A stretch of DNA of 60,883 nt, counting the filler. It is 5 parts of 5 records of this genome, joined end to end, with 100 filler letters (N's around TTAATTAATTAA, not from the genome) between each part and the next. Parts side by side here need not be neighbours in the genome. Positions count along the whole stretch, not along the records: positions 45,381 to 55,461 come from SRR20825019_3030; positions 55,562 to 60,883 come from SRR20825019_3033; 3 more parts are not named here. One strand, 5' to 3'. The position numbers and the translations under genes were made by a program. The notes below the pieces were generated by a model. The model was not told the origin of the DNA and made no database searches. It saw nothing but the letters and a program-made list of their open reading frames with translations. The first letter of the stretch is position 1. The number at the start of each line of letters is the position of its first letter. This document shows, one piece after another, positions 51,005 to 60,275 of the stretch.

Positions 51005-52827
51005 CGGACATCAAGCCCCCGTCTCCGCTCTCCGTTCCGAGCCACGACGATGAGACATTCATGTCGCTCGTGTCCCGCATCGCGGCCCGGAACGGCGCTG
51101 CCGACCTCTCAGATTTCAGAAAAGACATTGGCGTCCGTCAGGAAGACATGTTTCGGGCTGATCCGGAAGCATTGGCGGAACTCGCGCTCGGTGCTGGTAT
51201 ACCCGATCATCCGTCTCTCCGGCGAACGCCCGTTGCGTTCGATGGCGGTCGCTTCGCTTACGGAAAAGCGATCCTGACGTCGAGAGATCTCGCCCGGTTT
51301 CACGTTCGCATTTGCCAGAAGTGCATCAACGGCGACCGGCGCCGCGATTCCGTACTCGGCCCCTATCAACGGATCGAATGGCTTCTCGCGGATGTCCACA
51401 CGTGCCACGAGCACAATTGCCTTCTGATTGATGTCACGGACACTGTGGGCTCGTGCGGCAGATTGGACTTTCACCTCGCGATCCAAAATGCTGATCTGCG
51501 AGCCTTTCCGCGGCTCGGCGACCGAGTCACGCCCCAGCATCGCGGCCTCGAAAACTACCTCATCGGACGGGTCGGGGGCGCTCGGGCATCCGCGTTTCTG
51601 GACGGGCTGGAGTACCGGGTCGTCGCAGCGACCTCTACTGCGCTCGGGTGCTTGATCCGGTCGGGTCCGAAGGCGAAACTCGACGACTTGTCCCAGCGGG
51701 AGATCCGTTCAGCAGGACACTACGGCTTTCAGGTCCTCAGCGAAGGCACGGCGTCGTTTCGGGAAGCTCTCGAAAGGATCCGTATGTCGAAGCCCGTAGC
51801 GGCGGCCAAGCACCGCAAACGTTTTGGAGGGTTCTTCGACTGGCTTCGGAACAAGGAAGACCCGGCATTCAATCCGATCAAGGATATAGTCCGTGAGTAT
51901 ATCCTCGACACGTTTCCGGTGCCGGAAGGAATGGAGGTGCTCGGTGTGGAATGCGGCGAGCAGCGTCGTCACACGCTCGCGACCGGGGCGCGAATGATCG
52001 ATATGAATCGTGCACGCCTGGGCCATCGTCTCGTTGAGCGTGGGTTGGCTTCAGTCAAACCCGGTAGACCTATTCCGGTTCTCCTTGACTACATCCCCGT
52101 CGATGTTCTGGAACAAATGAAGAAAGACGAGGCGACCGATTACGACCTCGACGAAGTCTGCGAGCTGTTCGGAGTGCATCGCAACATCGCCGGGCGTTTG
52201 GCGAGGGCTGGTTTTCTCGGAACGCGTTCGTTCGAGGATACCGGCACCTATAGATTCGAGCGAGACGACGTATGGAAGCTAAAGTATCGGCTTTTCGGCA
52301 CGGTTGCGACGCGCTCGCTCGGAACCGACACTCACCTGCCGCTTTTCGATGCGGCCCGTCAATTCCGCCTGCCGATCGAAGCCCTGATCCATTATTGCTG
52401 CAACGAAACGTTGAAGCTGAAGCATCCTCCATCGTCGCGACGCTTGTTAACCGACCTTCTCGTTCCCATCGACGAGTTGAAAAGGCACATCGAGCCGAAG
52501 CGCTCGGAGGGGCTTTTGCATAAGGACGCCGCCAAGACCCTGCATGTTGATCGGCAGACTATCTCCGAGTTGGTCGCTGCTGGTAAGCTGGTCGAGAAGT
52601 CCATCCACATTCCATATGCGGACCACAGCATACGCTACATCACGGTCGAATCGTTGCGTGCTTTTCGCGCAGACTATATTTCACTCGCCAACTTGGCTTT
52701 AAGCATCGACCGCGAACCTGGCCCTTACGCACAGTATCTGGCGGCACGCGGCATTCGGCCGTGCGTCGATATCGCGTCAAGTTCCCGCATCTACAAGCGC
52801 ACGGACTTTCGTCGCAAGAAAGACTGA
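51001..52827 (+). CDS. TniQ/TnsD family target selector with C-terminal HTH repeats
   Basis: DETFMSLVSRIAARNG, zinc motif CQKC...CHEH, then repeated HTH-like segments. Confidence 0.85.
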   Translation: MTDIKPPSPLSVPSHDDETFMSLVSRIAARNGAADLSDFRKDIGVRQEDMFRADPEALAELALGAGIPDHPSLRRTPVAFDGGRFAYGKAILTSRDLARFHVRICQKCINGDRRRDSVLGPYQRIEWLLADVHTCHEHNCLLIDVTDTVGSCGRLDFHLAIQNADLRAFPRLGDRVTPQHRGLENYLIGRVGGARASAFLDGLEYRVVAATSTALGCLIRSGPKAKLDDLSQREIRSAGHYGFQVLSEGTASFREALERIRMSKPVAAAKHRKRFGGFFDWLRNKEDPAFNPIKDIVREYILDTFPVPEGMEVLGVECGEQRRHTLATGARMIDMNRARLGHRLVERGLASVKPGRPIPVLLDYIPVDVLEQMKKDEATDYDLDEVCELFGVHRNIAGRLARAGFLGTRSFEDTGTYRFERDDVWKLKYRLFGTVATRSLGTDTHLPLFDAARQFRLPIEALIHYCCNETLKLKHPPSSRRLLTDLLVPIDELKRHIEPKRSEGLLHKDAAKTLHVDRQTISELVAAGKLVEKSIHIPYADHSIRYITVESLRAFRADYISLANLALSIDREPGPYAQYLAARGIRPCVDIASSSRIYKRTDFRRKKD

Positions 52828-52846
52828 TTTATTTATCCTTAGGATG

Positions 52847-52873
52847 GGGCCGACCTTCGGGGCGGTCCTTTTT
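52847..52873 (+). terminator. Terminator after tniQ
   Basis: GGGCCGACC-TTCG-GGGCGGTCC stem plus TTTTT. Confidence 0.75.
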
Positions 52874-52892
52874 CGTCGACCTAGTTGCGGAC

Positions 52893-53006
52893 GAGTCGGT
52901 GCCTTTTTGGCAAAGAGTCGGGATTGCGTGATACATCCGCCAGAACAGTATCGGAAAACCAGTGTCTATTCGTTTTTCTGAATCGGATACTTTGTGGCAC
53001 GTATCA
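52893..53006. repeat. Putative transposon end with four degenerate TnsB-binding sites
   Basis: GAGTCGGTGCCTTTTTGGCA (52893), GAGTCGGGATTGCGTGATAC (52915), GTATCGGAAAACCAGTGTCT (52948), GAATCGGATACTTTGTGGCA (52980), then CGTATCA. Confidence 0.6.
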
Positions 53007-53201
53007 TCCCCCAGTCGGGAGGATTTCCAGCACACTCCCAGGTAAAGACATCAACTGGCGGTCGTCCTATGGACGTAACCCGCTAGCGGCAGCGATTTGG
53101 CCCCGCATTGATCCGCTCTCTTGGTATCAAAAGCATACCTATGGGCGGTGCAGGCCAACCAGAACGCACTGCGCGTCATACCGTTCGCTTTGCGACGACC
53201 C

Positions 53202-53615
53202 CTACTCCTGAATGCTCTCCAGATAGGCCAGCAACCCCGCCAGCACGCGCGGTGTTGGTGTCAGCACGCCGTCGATCTCCACCGGCACCAGATCCTGTGC
53301 CATTGCGCCGCCAAACTCCGGCATGACGCGGGCAAGGTGGGACTGTTCGGGATCGCCATAGATATAGCTCAGCGCTCGCGCGGACGGGAACGTGCCGCCG
53401 TTGTGACGGCTCAGCGTGGTCAGATTGGCAGGCCTGGCTTGCAGCCCGTCGACAAAGGCGCCGTTGCCCCGCCCCCGAGCGCCATGACACGCCACGCAAT
53501 TGTCGGCAAAGAACGCCGCCCCGTCCGTCCGGTCGGGCATGACAGGATCGGTACAGGCCACAAGCCCTGCCGCCACCAAGGCCAGACTGACGGTGATCGA
53601 AAAGAAACTGCGCAT
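53202..53615 (-). CDS. c-type cytochrome lipoprotein
   Basis: Lipobox LVAC, CVACH haem motif, MPEFG axial Met. Confidence 0.9.
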   Translation of the reverse strand: MRSFFSITVSLALVAAGLVACTDPVMPDRTDGAAFFADNCVACHGARGRGNGAFVDGLQARPANLTTLSRHNGGTFPSARALSYIYGDPEQSHLARVMPEFGGAMAQDLVPVEIDGVLTPTPRVLAGLLAYLESIQE

Positions 53616-53717
53616 AGGACCCTCATTCCATAGTTCCCGCACAGTTTCGCGCGCGGCCCATCCCGCCGCCATGATCCACATCAAGTTGCCCGCAAATACC
53701 CCCTTGCAGGCAGCGCC

Positions 53718-55064
53718 TCAGCCCTTACCCTTCCACGGCACCAGAATCCGTTCGGCCCAGCGCATCAGCATGTCGATGCCAAAACCGATGATGCCGATCA
53801 AGATGATCCCCATCAACACGATGTCGGTGTCCTGAAACTTGGACGCCGCCACGATCATCTTGCCCACGCCCTTTTCCGCCGCCACCAGTTCGGCGGCCAC
53901 AACCGTGCCCCAGCATACGCCCATCGCCACGCGCGCGGCGGTGAAAATCTCGGGCAGGGAGTTGGGGATGATCACATGGCGCAGGATCTGCCACTTGCTG
54001 GCCCCCAGCGAATAGGCCGCGTGCACCTTGGTGATCTTCACCCCGGACACACCCGACCGTGCACCGATCGCCATGATCCACAGCGCGGCCAGGAACAGCA
54101 GGATGATCTTGCCCTGTTCACCAATGCCCGCCCAGATGATCACCAGCGGGATCAATGCCAGTGGCGGCACCGGGCGCATGAATTCGACAATCGGATCGAA
54201 CCAGCCGCGAAACCAGTTCGACAGGCCCATGGCATAGCCCAGCGGAATGCCCACGAGCGCGCCCAGCGCAAAGCCCACGATGACACGGAACAGCGAATAG
54301 CTGAGGTGTTCGGCCAGCGTCACGTTCTGATAGCCGTCCGCGCTGACCGACACCAACCGACGCCAGACGCTGTCAGGGGCCGGCAACCAGATGCTTTCCA
54401 TCTGCCAGCCCTGCCCCGGTTCGAAATTCAGCGTGCCCTTGTCCGTCAGCGCCACGCGACCAAAGCCGACATCGACATCTGTCGTGACATCAATCGCCCG
54501 ACCATCCACGGCGACAACCTTCGCGCCGTCCTTGCGCGTTACATCGTCGTTGGCGTCCCAGCTGATCAGCTTTGACCGATAGGCCTGCACCTCGACACTG
54601 TCGTTTTTCACGGGGCCCATGCCTGCGTCAAATTCGAGCGGCGCGGGTTCCTCACCCTGCCGGTAGACGGACACGAAAACGGTGGCATCGGCCTGCGTCC
54701 CGTCCTGTCGTTCGATTGTATAGGTGAACTTGTCCTGCCCGACAAAGGGTCCGGGCGCGTGCAATGGTCCCGGCAACCAACCCGATCCGGTGAACGCGCC
54801 CCAGATCACAAAGATCAGCACGATGGAAATCACCGACGCCGCCTTGTCCGAGACAACCGCGCTTTCGTCGCCGAATGTCACGGTTTTCAACGAGCGATAG
54901 TCGCGTACACGCCCCATTTGCGCGCGGATGAAATTCCAGATGACCATCGAAAGCAGGATCAGTGCCAGATAGCCGAGGATAAATGGGAACGCCCCCAGCA
55001 CGGAGAGGAACAATTGCGCCAGTTCGCCGCCGAGGTCTTGGAAAATCTGCAACATCTCAGACAC
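53718..55064 (-). CDS. ABC transporter permease, TauC/SsuC type, with an inserted soluble domain
   Basis: [27 protein letters not shown]. Confidence 0.85.
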   Translation of the reverse strand: MSEMLQIFQDLGGELAQLFLSVLGAFPFILGYLALILLSMVIWNFIRAQMGRVRDYRSLKTVTFGDESAVVSDKAASVISIVLIFVIWGAFTGSGWLPGPLHAPGPFVGQDKFTYTIERQDGTQADATVFVSVYRQGEEPAPLEFDAGMGPVKNDSVEVQAYRSKLISWDANDDVTRKDGAKVVAVDGRAIDVTTDVDVGFGRVALTDKGTLNFEPGQGWQMESIWLPAPDSVWRRLVSVSADGYQNVTLAEHLSYSLFRVIVGFALGALVGIPLGYAMGLSNWFRGWFDPIVEFMRPVPPLALIPLVIIWAGIGEQGKIILLFLAALWIMAIGARSGVSGVKITKVHAAYSLGASKWQILRHVIIPNSLPEIFTAARVAMGVCWGTVVAAELVAAEKGVGKMIVAASKFQDTDIVLMGIILIGIIGFGIDMLMRWAERILVPWKGKG

Positions 55065-55461
55065 TTTCCTCGCTGCGGCCCATGATCTCTTCTTCCATGT
55101 TCCAGATCATGTTCAGGATTTCCTCGCGGGTGGGCGCATAGTCGGGATGTTTCTTGACCTCGCGCAGGTCCGCGCCCACGCCCAGATCGGCAAAGGGCAG
55201 GCGGTATTCCTTGTGAATACGCCCCGGACGCGGCGCCATCACCACCAGACGCTCGCCCAGCAACAGCGCCTCTTCGACCGAGTGGGTGATCAGGATGATG
55301 GTCTTGCCCGTCTCCTTCCACAGCTTCAGCACCAGGCTTTGCATCTTTTCGCGGGTCAGCGCGTCCAGCGCGCCCAGCGGTTCGTCCATCAGGATCACAT
55401 CTGGGTCGTTGGCCAGACAGCGGGCCAGCGCCACGCGCTGTTGCATCCCGCCCGACAGTTC
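55057..55461 (-). CDS. ABC transporter ATP-binding protein, TauB type (5' truncated)
   Basis: [35 protein letters not shown]. Confidence 0.88.
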   Translation of the reverse strand, partial: ELSGGMQQRVALARCLANDPDVILMDEPLGALDALTREKMQSLVLKLWKETGKTIILITHSVEEALLLGERLVVMAPRPGRIHKEYRLPFADLGVGADLREVKKHPDYAPTREEILNMIWNMEEEIMGRSEESV

Positions 55462-55561
55462 NNNNNNNNNNNNNNNNNNNNNNNNNNNNNNNNNNNNNNN
55501 NNNNNTTAATTAATTAANNNNNNNNNNNNNNNNNNNNNNNNNNNNNNNNNNNNNNNNNNNN
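55462..55561. other. Artificial contig linker
   Basis: N run with TTAATTAATTAA. Confidence 0.97.
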
Positions 55562-56432
55562 CTATTTCTCGATCCTGACGCTGGCCTTTGCGCAGATGTC
55601 GTACAATCTGGCCTATTCGGTGCTGGGCAATCCCACGTCGAACTTCAACCTGACCAATGGTGAAACCGGCCTGCAACTGCTGCTGACCGACCCGCGTGTG
55701 CTGGGCCAATCGACCACGGCGGACGGATCGCTGCCGGTGACCAACTTCTTTGGCATCGCCATGCGCGACAGCTACGAGCTGCGCTTGGGCGACTGGCTGT
55801 TCACCTTCAACGCGGGCTACTACCTGTGCGGCATCATCATGCTGATCTCTTTCTATATCTCGATCCGCATTTTCCGCTCGCCCTTTGGCATGATGCTGCG
55901 GGCGGTCAAATCGAACCAGCAGCGGATGAACTACACCGGCCTGAACACCAAGCCTTATACGCTGGCGGCCTTTGTCATCTCGGGCATCTATGCCGGTCTG
56001 GCAGGCGGCTTGCTGTCGTCAATGGACCCGCTGGCCGGGGCCGAGCGGATGCACTGGACCGCTTCGGGCGAGATCGTGATCATGGCGATTCTGGGCGGTG
56101 TTGGCACGTTGATCGGGCCGATCCTGGGCGCAGGGTTCAATGAGTATTTCAAGAACATCCTGAGCAAGATCAACGACGGCGTGTTGCATCAATGGCTTGG
56201 CTTCCTGCCGGACGGTGTCGAGGATTTCCTGGTCACTATCATCCACCCCTTCGTGGGCAAAGGCTGGCATCTGACGCTGGGGCTGCTGTTCATGATCGTC
56301 ATCATCTTCCTGCCCGGCGGGCTGGTCGAGGGCGGCAAGCGGCTGGGACGCATGATCTTTGGCCGCCCCAAACGTTCGACTGCCGAGGCCGAAGCCGACG
56401 CTGCCGAACAACGCAATCCCGCTGCCGAATAA
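55562..56432 (+). CDS. Branched-chain amino acid-type ABC permease (LivM-like), 5' truncated
   Basis: [33 protein letters not shown]. Confidence 0.88.
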
Positions 56433-56444
56433 AGGAGAGAAACA

Positions 56445-57206
56445 ATGGGTATTCTCGAAGTCAAAAATGTCGGCAAACGCTTTGGCGGGTTGCAGGCGCT
56501 GGGGGACGTGAACCTGAGCATCGCGGAAAACAGCGTGCACGCCATCATCGGCCCCAACGGCGCGGGCAAGTCGACGCTGCTGAACTGTCTGGTGGGCAAG
56601 CTGATCCCCGACACCGGGTCCGTGTTGTTTGACGGGCAATCCGTGCTGGGACGCAAACCCTATGAAATCAACCAGATGGGCATCAGCCGCGTGTTCCAGA
56701 CACCCGAGATCTTTGGCGATCTGACGGTGATGGAAAACATGATGATCCCCTGCTTTGCCAAGCGCGACGGATCATTCGGATTGAATGCGATGACCAACAT
56801 GCTGAACGACCGCGACATCGTGAACCGCGCCGAACATATGCTGGAAGAGATGAACATGGCCGACAAACGCCATATGCATTCCGCATCCCTGTCGCGCGGC
56901 GACAAGCGACGGCTGGAGATCGGGATGTGCCTGTCTCAGGAGCCCCGTCTGCTGCTGCTGGATGAACCCACCGCCGGCATGGCGCGGGCCGATACCAACA
57001 ACACCATCGACCTGCTGAAACAGATCAAGGACGAGCGCGACATTACAATCGCGATCATCGAACACGACATGCATGTTGTGTTCTCTCTGGCCGAACGGAT
57101 CACCGTTCTGGCGCAGGGTACACCGCTGGTCGAAGACACACCCGACAACATCAAGGGGCACCCCAAGGTGCGCGAAGCCTACCTTGGCGAAACCCAGGCA
57201 GCATAA
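56445..57206 (+). CDS. ABC ATP-binding protein (LivG-like)
   Basis: GPNGAGKST, LLDEPTAGM, IEHDM, VREAYLG. Confidence 0.9.
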   Translation: MGILEVKNVGKRFGGLQALGDVNLSIAENSVHAIIGPNGAGKSTLLNCLVGKLIPDTGSVLFDGQSVLGRKPYEINQMGISRVFQTPEIFGDLTVMENMMIPCFAKRDGSFGLNAMTNMLNDRDIVNRAEHMLEEMNMADKRHMHSASLSRGDKRRLEIGMCLSQEPRLLLLDEPTAGMARADTNNTIDLLKQIKDERDITIAIIEHDMHVVFSLAERITVLAQGTPLVEDTPDNIKGHPKVREAYLGETQAA

Positions 57207-57217
57207 GGACGGGCCGG

Positions 57218-57973
57218 ATGAACACACAACCCGACTTCTCGAAGAACGCCAACCACGCGGCAACCGCCCCGGCCTTTCTGTCGGTCTGGGACGTGCACGC
57301 CTATTATGGCGAAAGCTATATCGTGCAAGGCGTCAGCTTTAACGTCCACGAGGGCGAAATCCTGGCCCTGCTGGGGCGCAACGGGGCGGGCAAAACCTCG
57401 ACCCTGCGGTCCATTGCACGCATCGGCGATCCCGAGGTGCGCAAGGGCGAGATCTGGCTGGATCACAAACCGCTGCACAACATGTCCAGCTATGAGGCCG
57501 CGCAAGCGGGTCTGGGGCTGGTGCCCGAGGACCGGCGGATCATCCCCGGACTGACGGTCGAGGAGAACCTGAAGCTGGCGCAGATCGCGCCGCCGATCGG
57601 CTGGTCGATCGAGCGGCTCTATGATCTGTTCCCGCGCTTGGGCGAACGGCGGATGCAAGAGGGCGTGACCCTGTCGGGCGGTGAACAGCAGATGCTGGCG
57701 ATTGCCCGCGCGCTGGCCCGCGACATCAAGGTGCTGTTACTGGACGAACCCTACGAAGGTCTGGCGCCGGTCATCGTCGACGAGATCGAAAAGACCCTGC
57801 GCATCATCAAGGAACAGGGCATCACCACCGTGATCGTAGAACAGAACGCGGTGCGGGCGCTGAAACTGGCCGACCGCGCGGTGATTCTGGACACAGGCGG
57901 AATCGTCTTTGACGGAACCGCCGCCGAAGTGCTTGAGAACAAAGAGCTGCGCGAAGAGTATTTGGCGATCTGA
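57218..57973 (+). CDS. ABC ATP-binding protein (LivF-like)
   Basis: GRNGAGKT, VPEDRR, LSGGEQQMLA, VEQN. Confidence 0.9.
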   Translation: MNTQPDFSKNANHAATAPAFLSVWDVHAYYGESYIVQGVSFNVHEGEILALLGRNGAGKTSTLRSIARIGDPEVRKGEIWLDHKPLHNMSSYEAAQAGLGLVPEDRRIIPGLTVEENLKLAQIAPPIGWSIERLYDLFPRLGERRMQEGVTLSGGEQQMLAIARALARDIKVLLLDEPYEGLAPVIVDEIEKTLRIIKEQGITTVIVEQNAVRALKLADRAVILDTGGIVFDGTAAEVLENKELREEYLAI

Positions 57974-57998
57974 CTTCAGCCCATTCAACCAAAGATGG

Positions 57999-58026
57999 AA
58001 ACCGGCCCCCAGCGGCCGGTTTTTTT
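57999..58026 (+). terminator. Rho-independent terminator
   Basis: AAACCGGCC/GGCCGGTTT stem plus T tract. Confidence 0.85.
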
Positions 58027-58300
58027 ATGCATGATCACAAACGATCCCCGGCTTTTGTCCCTCATTTGGAAACACTTACCGTTTTCCCTAGGCCGCCACC
58101 TTCAAATAAGGCAAAATCGTGGCATTGACCTGGGGGGGGGTTGAACAAAATGATATTTTTATTGAAGAATTCTGCCGTCCGGCAGGGTTCTACCAGCAGT
58201 TTTGGGCCGTCCATCATGACGTGCACGGGGTCATCGACCCCAGAGGATGCCCACCGTCTCCCCCTTTTCCATTCACACGCGCAAAAGGGTTAGCCCACAG

Positions 58301-59497
58301 ATGGCACATCTTTCCTACGTTACCTTCACTCCCGGCAAGAACTTGACCGATCCGACCACGGTTACACTGGGCTCATTTCCGTACACCGTGACTTATTTCG
58401 GCGACATCCCCACTTCGAGAACAGTGAACCAGACAGCCTACAAAGCGACCATTCTCAGCGACGTCTCGATCACCGGCGGGTTCTTTGGACAAGGTGACGG
58501 CGACGCGGCATTTTTCATGGAAACAGGGGCGGCCATCTACGGCGACCTCGATATGATCGGCCAGGGCGAGCATTATCTGAACAACCTTGGACTGGTCAGC
58601 GGCGACGTCACCTTGGGCAACAGCAGTGACCTGATCGACAACTATGGCAGCATCGGCGGCGACGTGCGCATGGGCGGCGGTGACGATTATTTCCAGAACT
58701 TTGCAAACGACACGATGCGCGGCGACGTGGCGGGCACCCTGCGCATGGGCAGCGGCGATGACCGCGTTTTGAACGCAGGCACGCTGGACCGTGTGTTCCT
58801 GGGCGACGGCAATGATTTCTACAGTGCGGTGCAGGACGATCTGAGCAGCGACAACTACGACAATCCGGCGGTTTTTGCCTCGGAAGTGCGCGGCGGCAAC
58901 GGCAATGACGTGATGTACGGCGGCGTAAACAACGACGTGTTCATGGGTGGCCAGGGCCGTGACGTCCTGAACGGTCACGGCGGCAACGATACGCTGATGG
59001 GCGGCAACAACAAGGACGTGCTGCGCGGTGGCGACGGCAATGACACGCTGTACGGCGATGGCGGCAAGGACCGTCTGTACGGGGGCAACGGTGACGACGC
59101 CCTGTTCGGCGGCACTGGCGAGGACCAGATCGACGGCGGACGCGGCAACGACCTTCTCAGCGGCGGATCGGGCAGCGATGTCTTTGTCTTTGCCGGCAAC
59201 AGCGGTGCCGATATCATCACCGATTTCGACGCTGTGCGCGATGTGGTCAGCCTGCCCACTGCCCCCCTGGTTGGCGGTCTGCCTGCGTTCAGCGATGCCG
59301 ATGTGTTGGCGCACCTGACCTACACAGGCGGCAATGCCGTGCTTGATCTGTCGGGGCTCTATCAGGATCTGGGACTGGGCGGCATGAGCGGCTTTAGCAA
59401 CGCGGACGGCATCACCGTGACCTTCCTTGACGTGCAACCGGGTGAGTTGACCGGAGACAACTTCATGACGCCGGGCGACGTGTTCCTCGTCGCCTAA
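58301..59497 (+). CDS. RTX/hemolysin-type calcium-binding protein
   Basis: Many GGxGxDxL nonapeptides and a C-terminal GADIITDFD segment. Confidence 0.9.
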   Translation: MAHLSYVTFTPGKNLTDPTTVTLGSFPYTVTYFGDIPTSRTVNQTAYKATILSDVSITGGFFGQGDGDAAFFMETGAAIYGDLDMIGQGEHYLNNLGLVSGDVTLGNSSDLIDNYGSIGGDVRMGGGDDYFQNFANDTMRGDVAGTLRMGSGDDRVLNAGTLDRVFLGDGNDFYSAVQDDLSSDNYDNPAVFASEVRGGNGNDVMYGGVNNDVFMGGQGRDVLNGHGGNDTLMGGNNKDVLRGGDGNDTLYGDGGKDRLYGGNGDDALFGGTGEDQIDGGRGNDLLSGGSGSDVFVFAGNSGADIITDFDAVRDVVSLPTAPLVGGLPAFSDADVLAHLTYTGGNAVLDLSGLYQDLGLGGMSGFSNADGITVTFLDVQPGELTGDNFMTPGDVFLVA

Positions 59498-59523
59498 GGC
59501 CCTTGGACCGGAATTATCTAGGT

Positions 59524-59553
59524 TGCGGGCGCCGTGTCACAACGGCGCCCGCA
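59524..59553 (+). terminator. GC-rich hairpin downstream of the RTX gene
   Basis: Perfect 12-bp stem TGCGGGCGCCGT/ACGGCGCCCGCA; weak T tract. Confidence 0.55.
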
Positions 59554-59770
59554 CCTGCCTTTCAGGCCCGCGGCATCGTCCGTCCTCACCCAGTCCACAA
59601 TCTTGCCACGAACCGCGTCACCACGCCCCAGCCATGCGCACAACGGTGGCATGCAGGGGAACATGCATCAATCTGGCAAAGCCATGCTTTCCAATGGGGT
59701 ACATCTGGCCTATAACCCGACCCCAGAACAGGGGGCGTTCAACGCCCCTGACAAGAGGTCGAGGACGACA

Positions 59771-60265
59771 ATGACAAAGAACAAACACGACGACGACGTG
59801 GCCTTTATCAAGGCGCTGGCCGAACTGCTGCGCGAAAACGATCTGACAGAGCTTCAGGTCAAACGCGACTATGCCGAAGATGACAGCCTGAACGTGCGCG
59901 TCACACGCGAACACCCGCCTGTTGCAGGCTATGCGCCCGCACCAGCACAGATTTCTGCAGCACCGTCCGCTGCTGCCGCCCCGGCCGCCGCAGCGGCTGC
60001 CCCCGCCGCCAACGAAGATCCCGCGGATCATCCCGGCGCGGTCACATCGCCCATGGTTGGCACGGTCTATATGCAGGCCGAACCCGGCGCGCCCGCGTTC
60101 ATCTCGGTCGGCACCACGGTGGCCGAAGGCGACACGCTGCTGATCGTCGAGGCCATGAAAACCATGAACCACATTCCGGCCCCCCGCGCCGGCACCGTCA
60201 AGCGTATCCTGGTGGATGATGGCGCGGCGGTCGAATTTGGCGCACCGCTTGTGATCCTGGAATAA
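59771..60265 (+). CDS. accB: Acetyl-CoA carboxylase biotin carboxyl carrier protein
   Basis: Ala/Pro linker, SPMVGT, EAMK biotinylation motif. Confidence 0.95.
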   Translation: MTKNKHDDDVAFIKALAELLRENDLTELQVKRDYAEDDSLNVRVTREHPPVAGYAPAPAQISAAPSAAAAPAAAAAAPAANEDPADHPGAVTSPMVGTVYMQAEPGAPAFISVGTTVAEGDTLLIVEAMKTMNHIPAPRAGTVKRILVDDGAAVEFGAPLVILE

Positions 60266-60275
60266 GGGTCTGAAA

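Larger units (their letters stand above)
45381..53006 (+). mobile_element. Tn7-like transposon (ner-like HTH, tnsA-like, tnsB, tnsC, tniQ); only one end visible
   Basis: Four ATGA-coupled transposition genes, a terminator, repeated 20-bp sites and a terminal CA; left boundary unknown. Confidence 0.8.

Noticed and set aside
45381-53200. CRISPR-associated transposon (CAST)
   Set aside because: No cas genes or repeat-spacer array are visible, and the long TniQ suggests protein-guided targeting. The contig is truncated upstream, so it cannot be fully excluded.
53007-53201. tRNA, tmRNA, SRP RNA or RNase P RNA as the transposon target
   Set aside because: No T-loop/CCA, tag peptide, SRP GGAAG loop or RNase P conserved motifs found by eye
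59536-59547. GTCACAACGGC resembling the start of a SAM-SAH riboswitch
   Set aside because: It lacks the following TTCCTGGCGTGAC core and is explained as the loop and arm of a simple hairpin; the downstream gene is accB.
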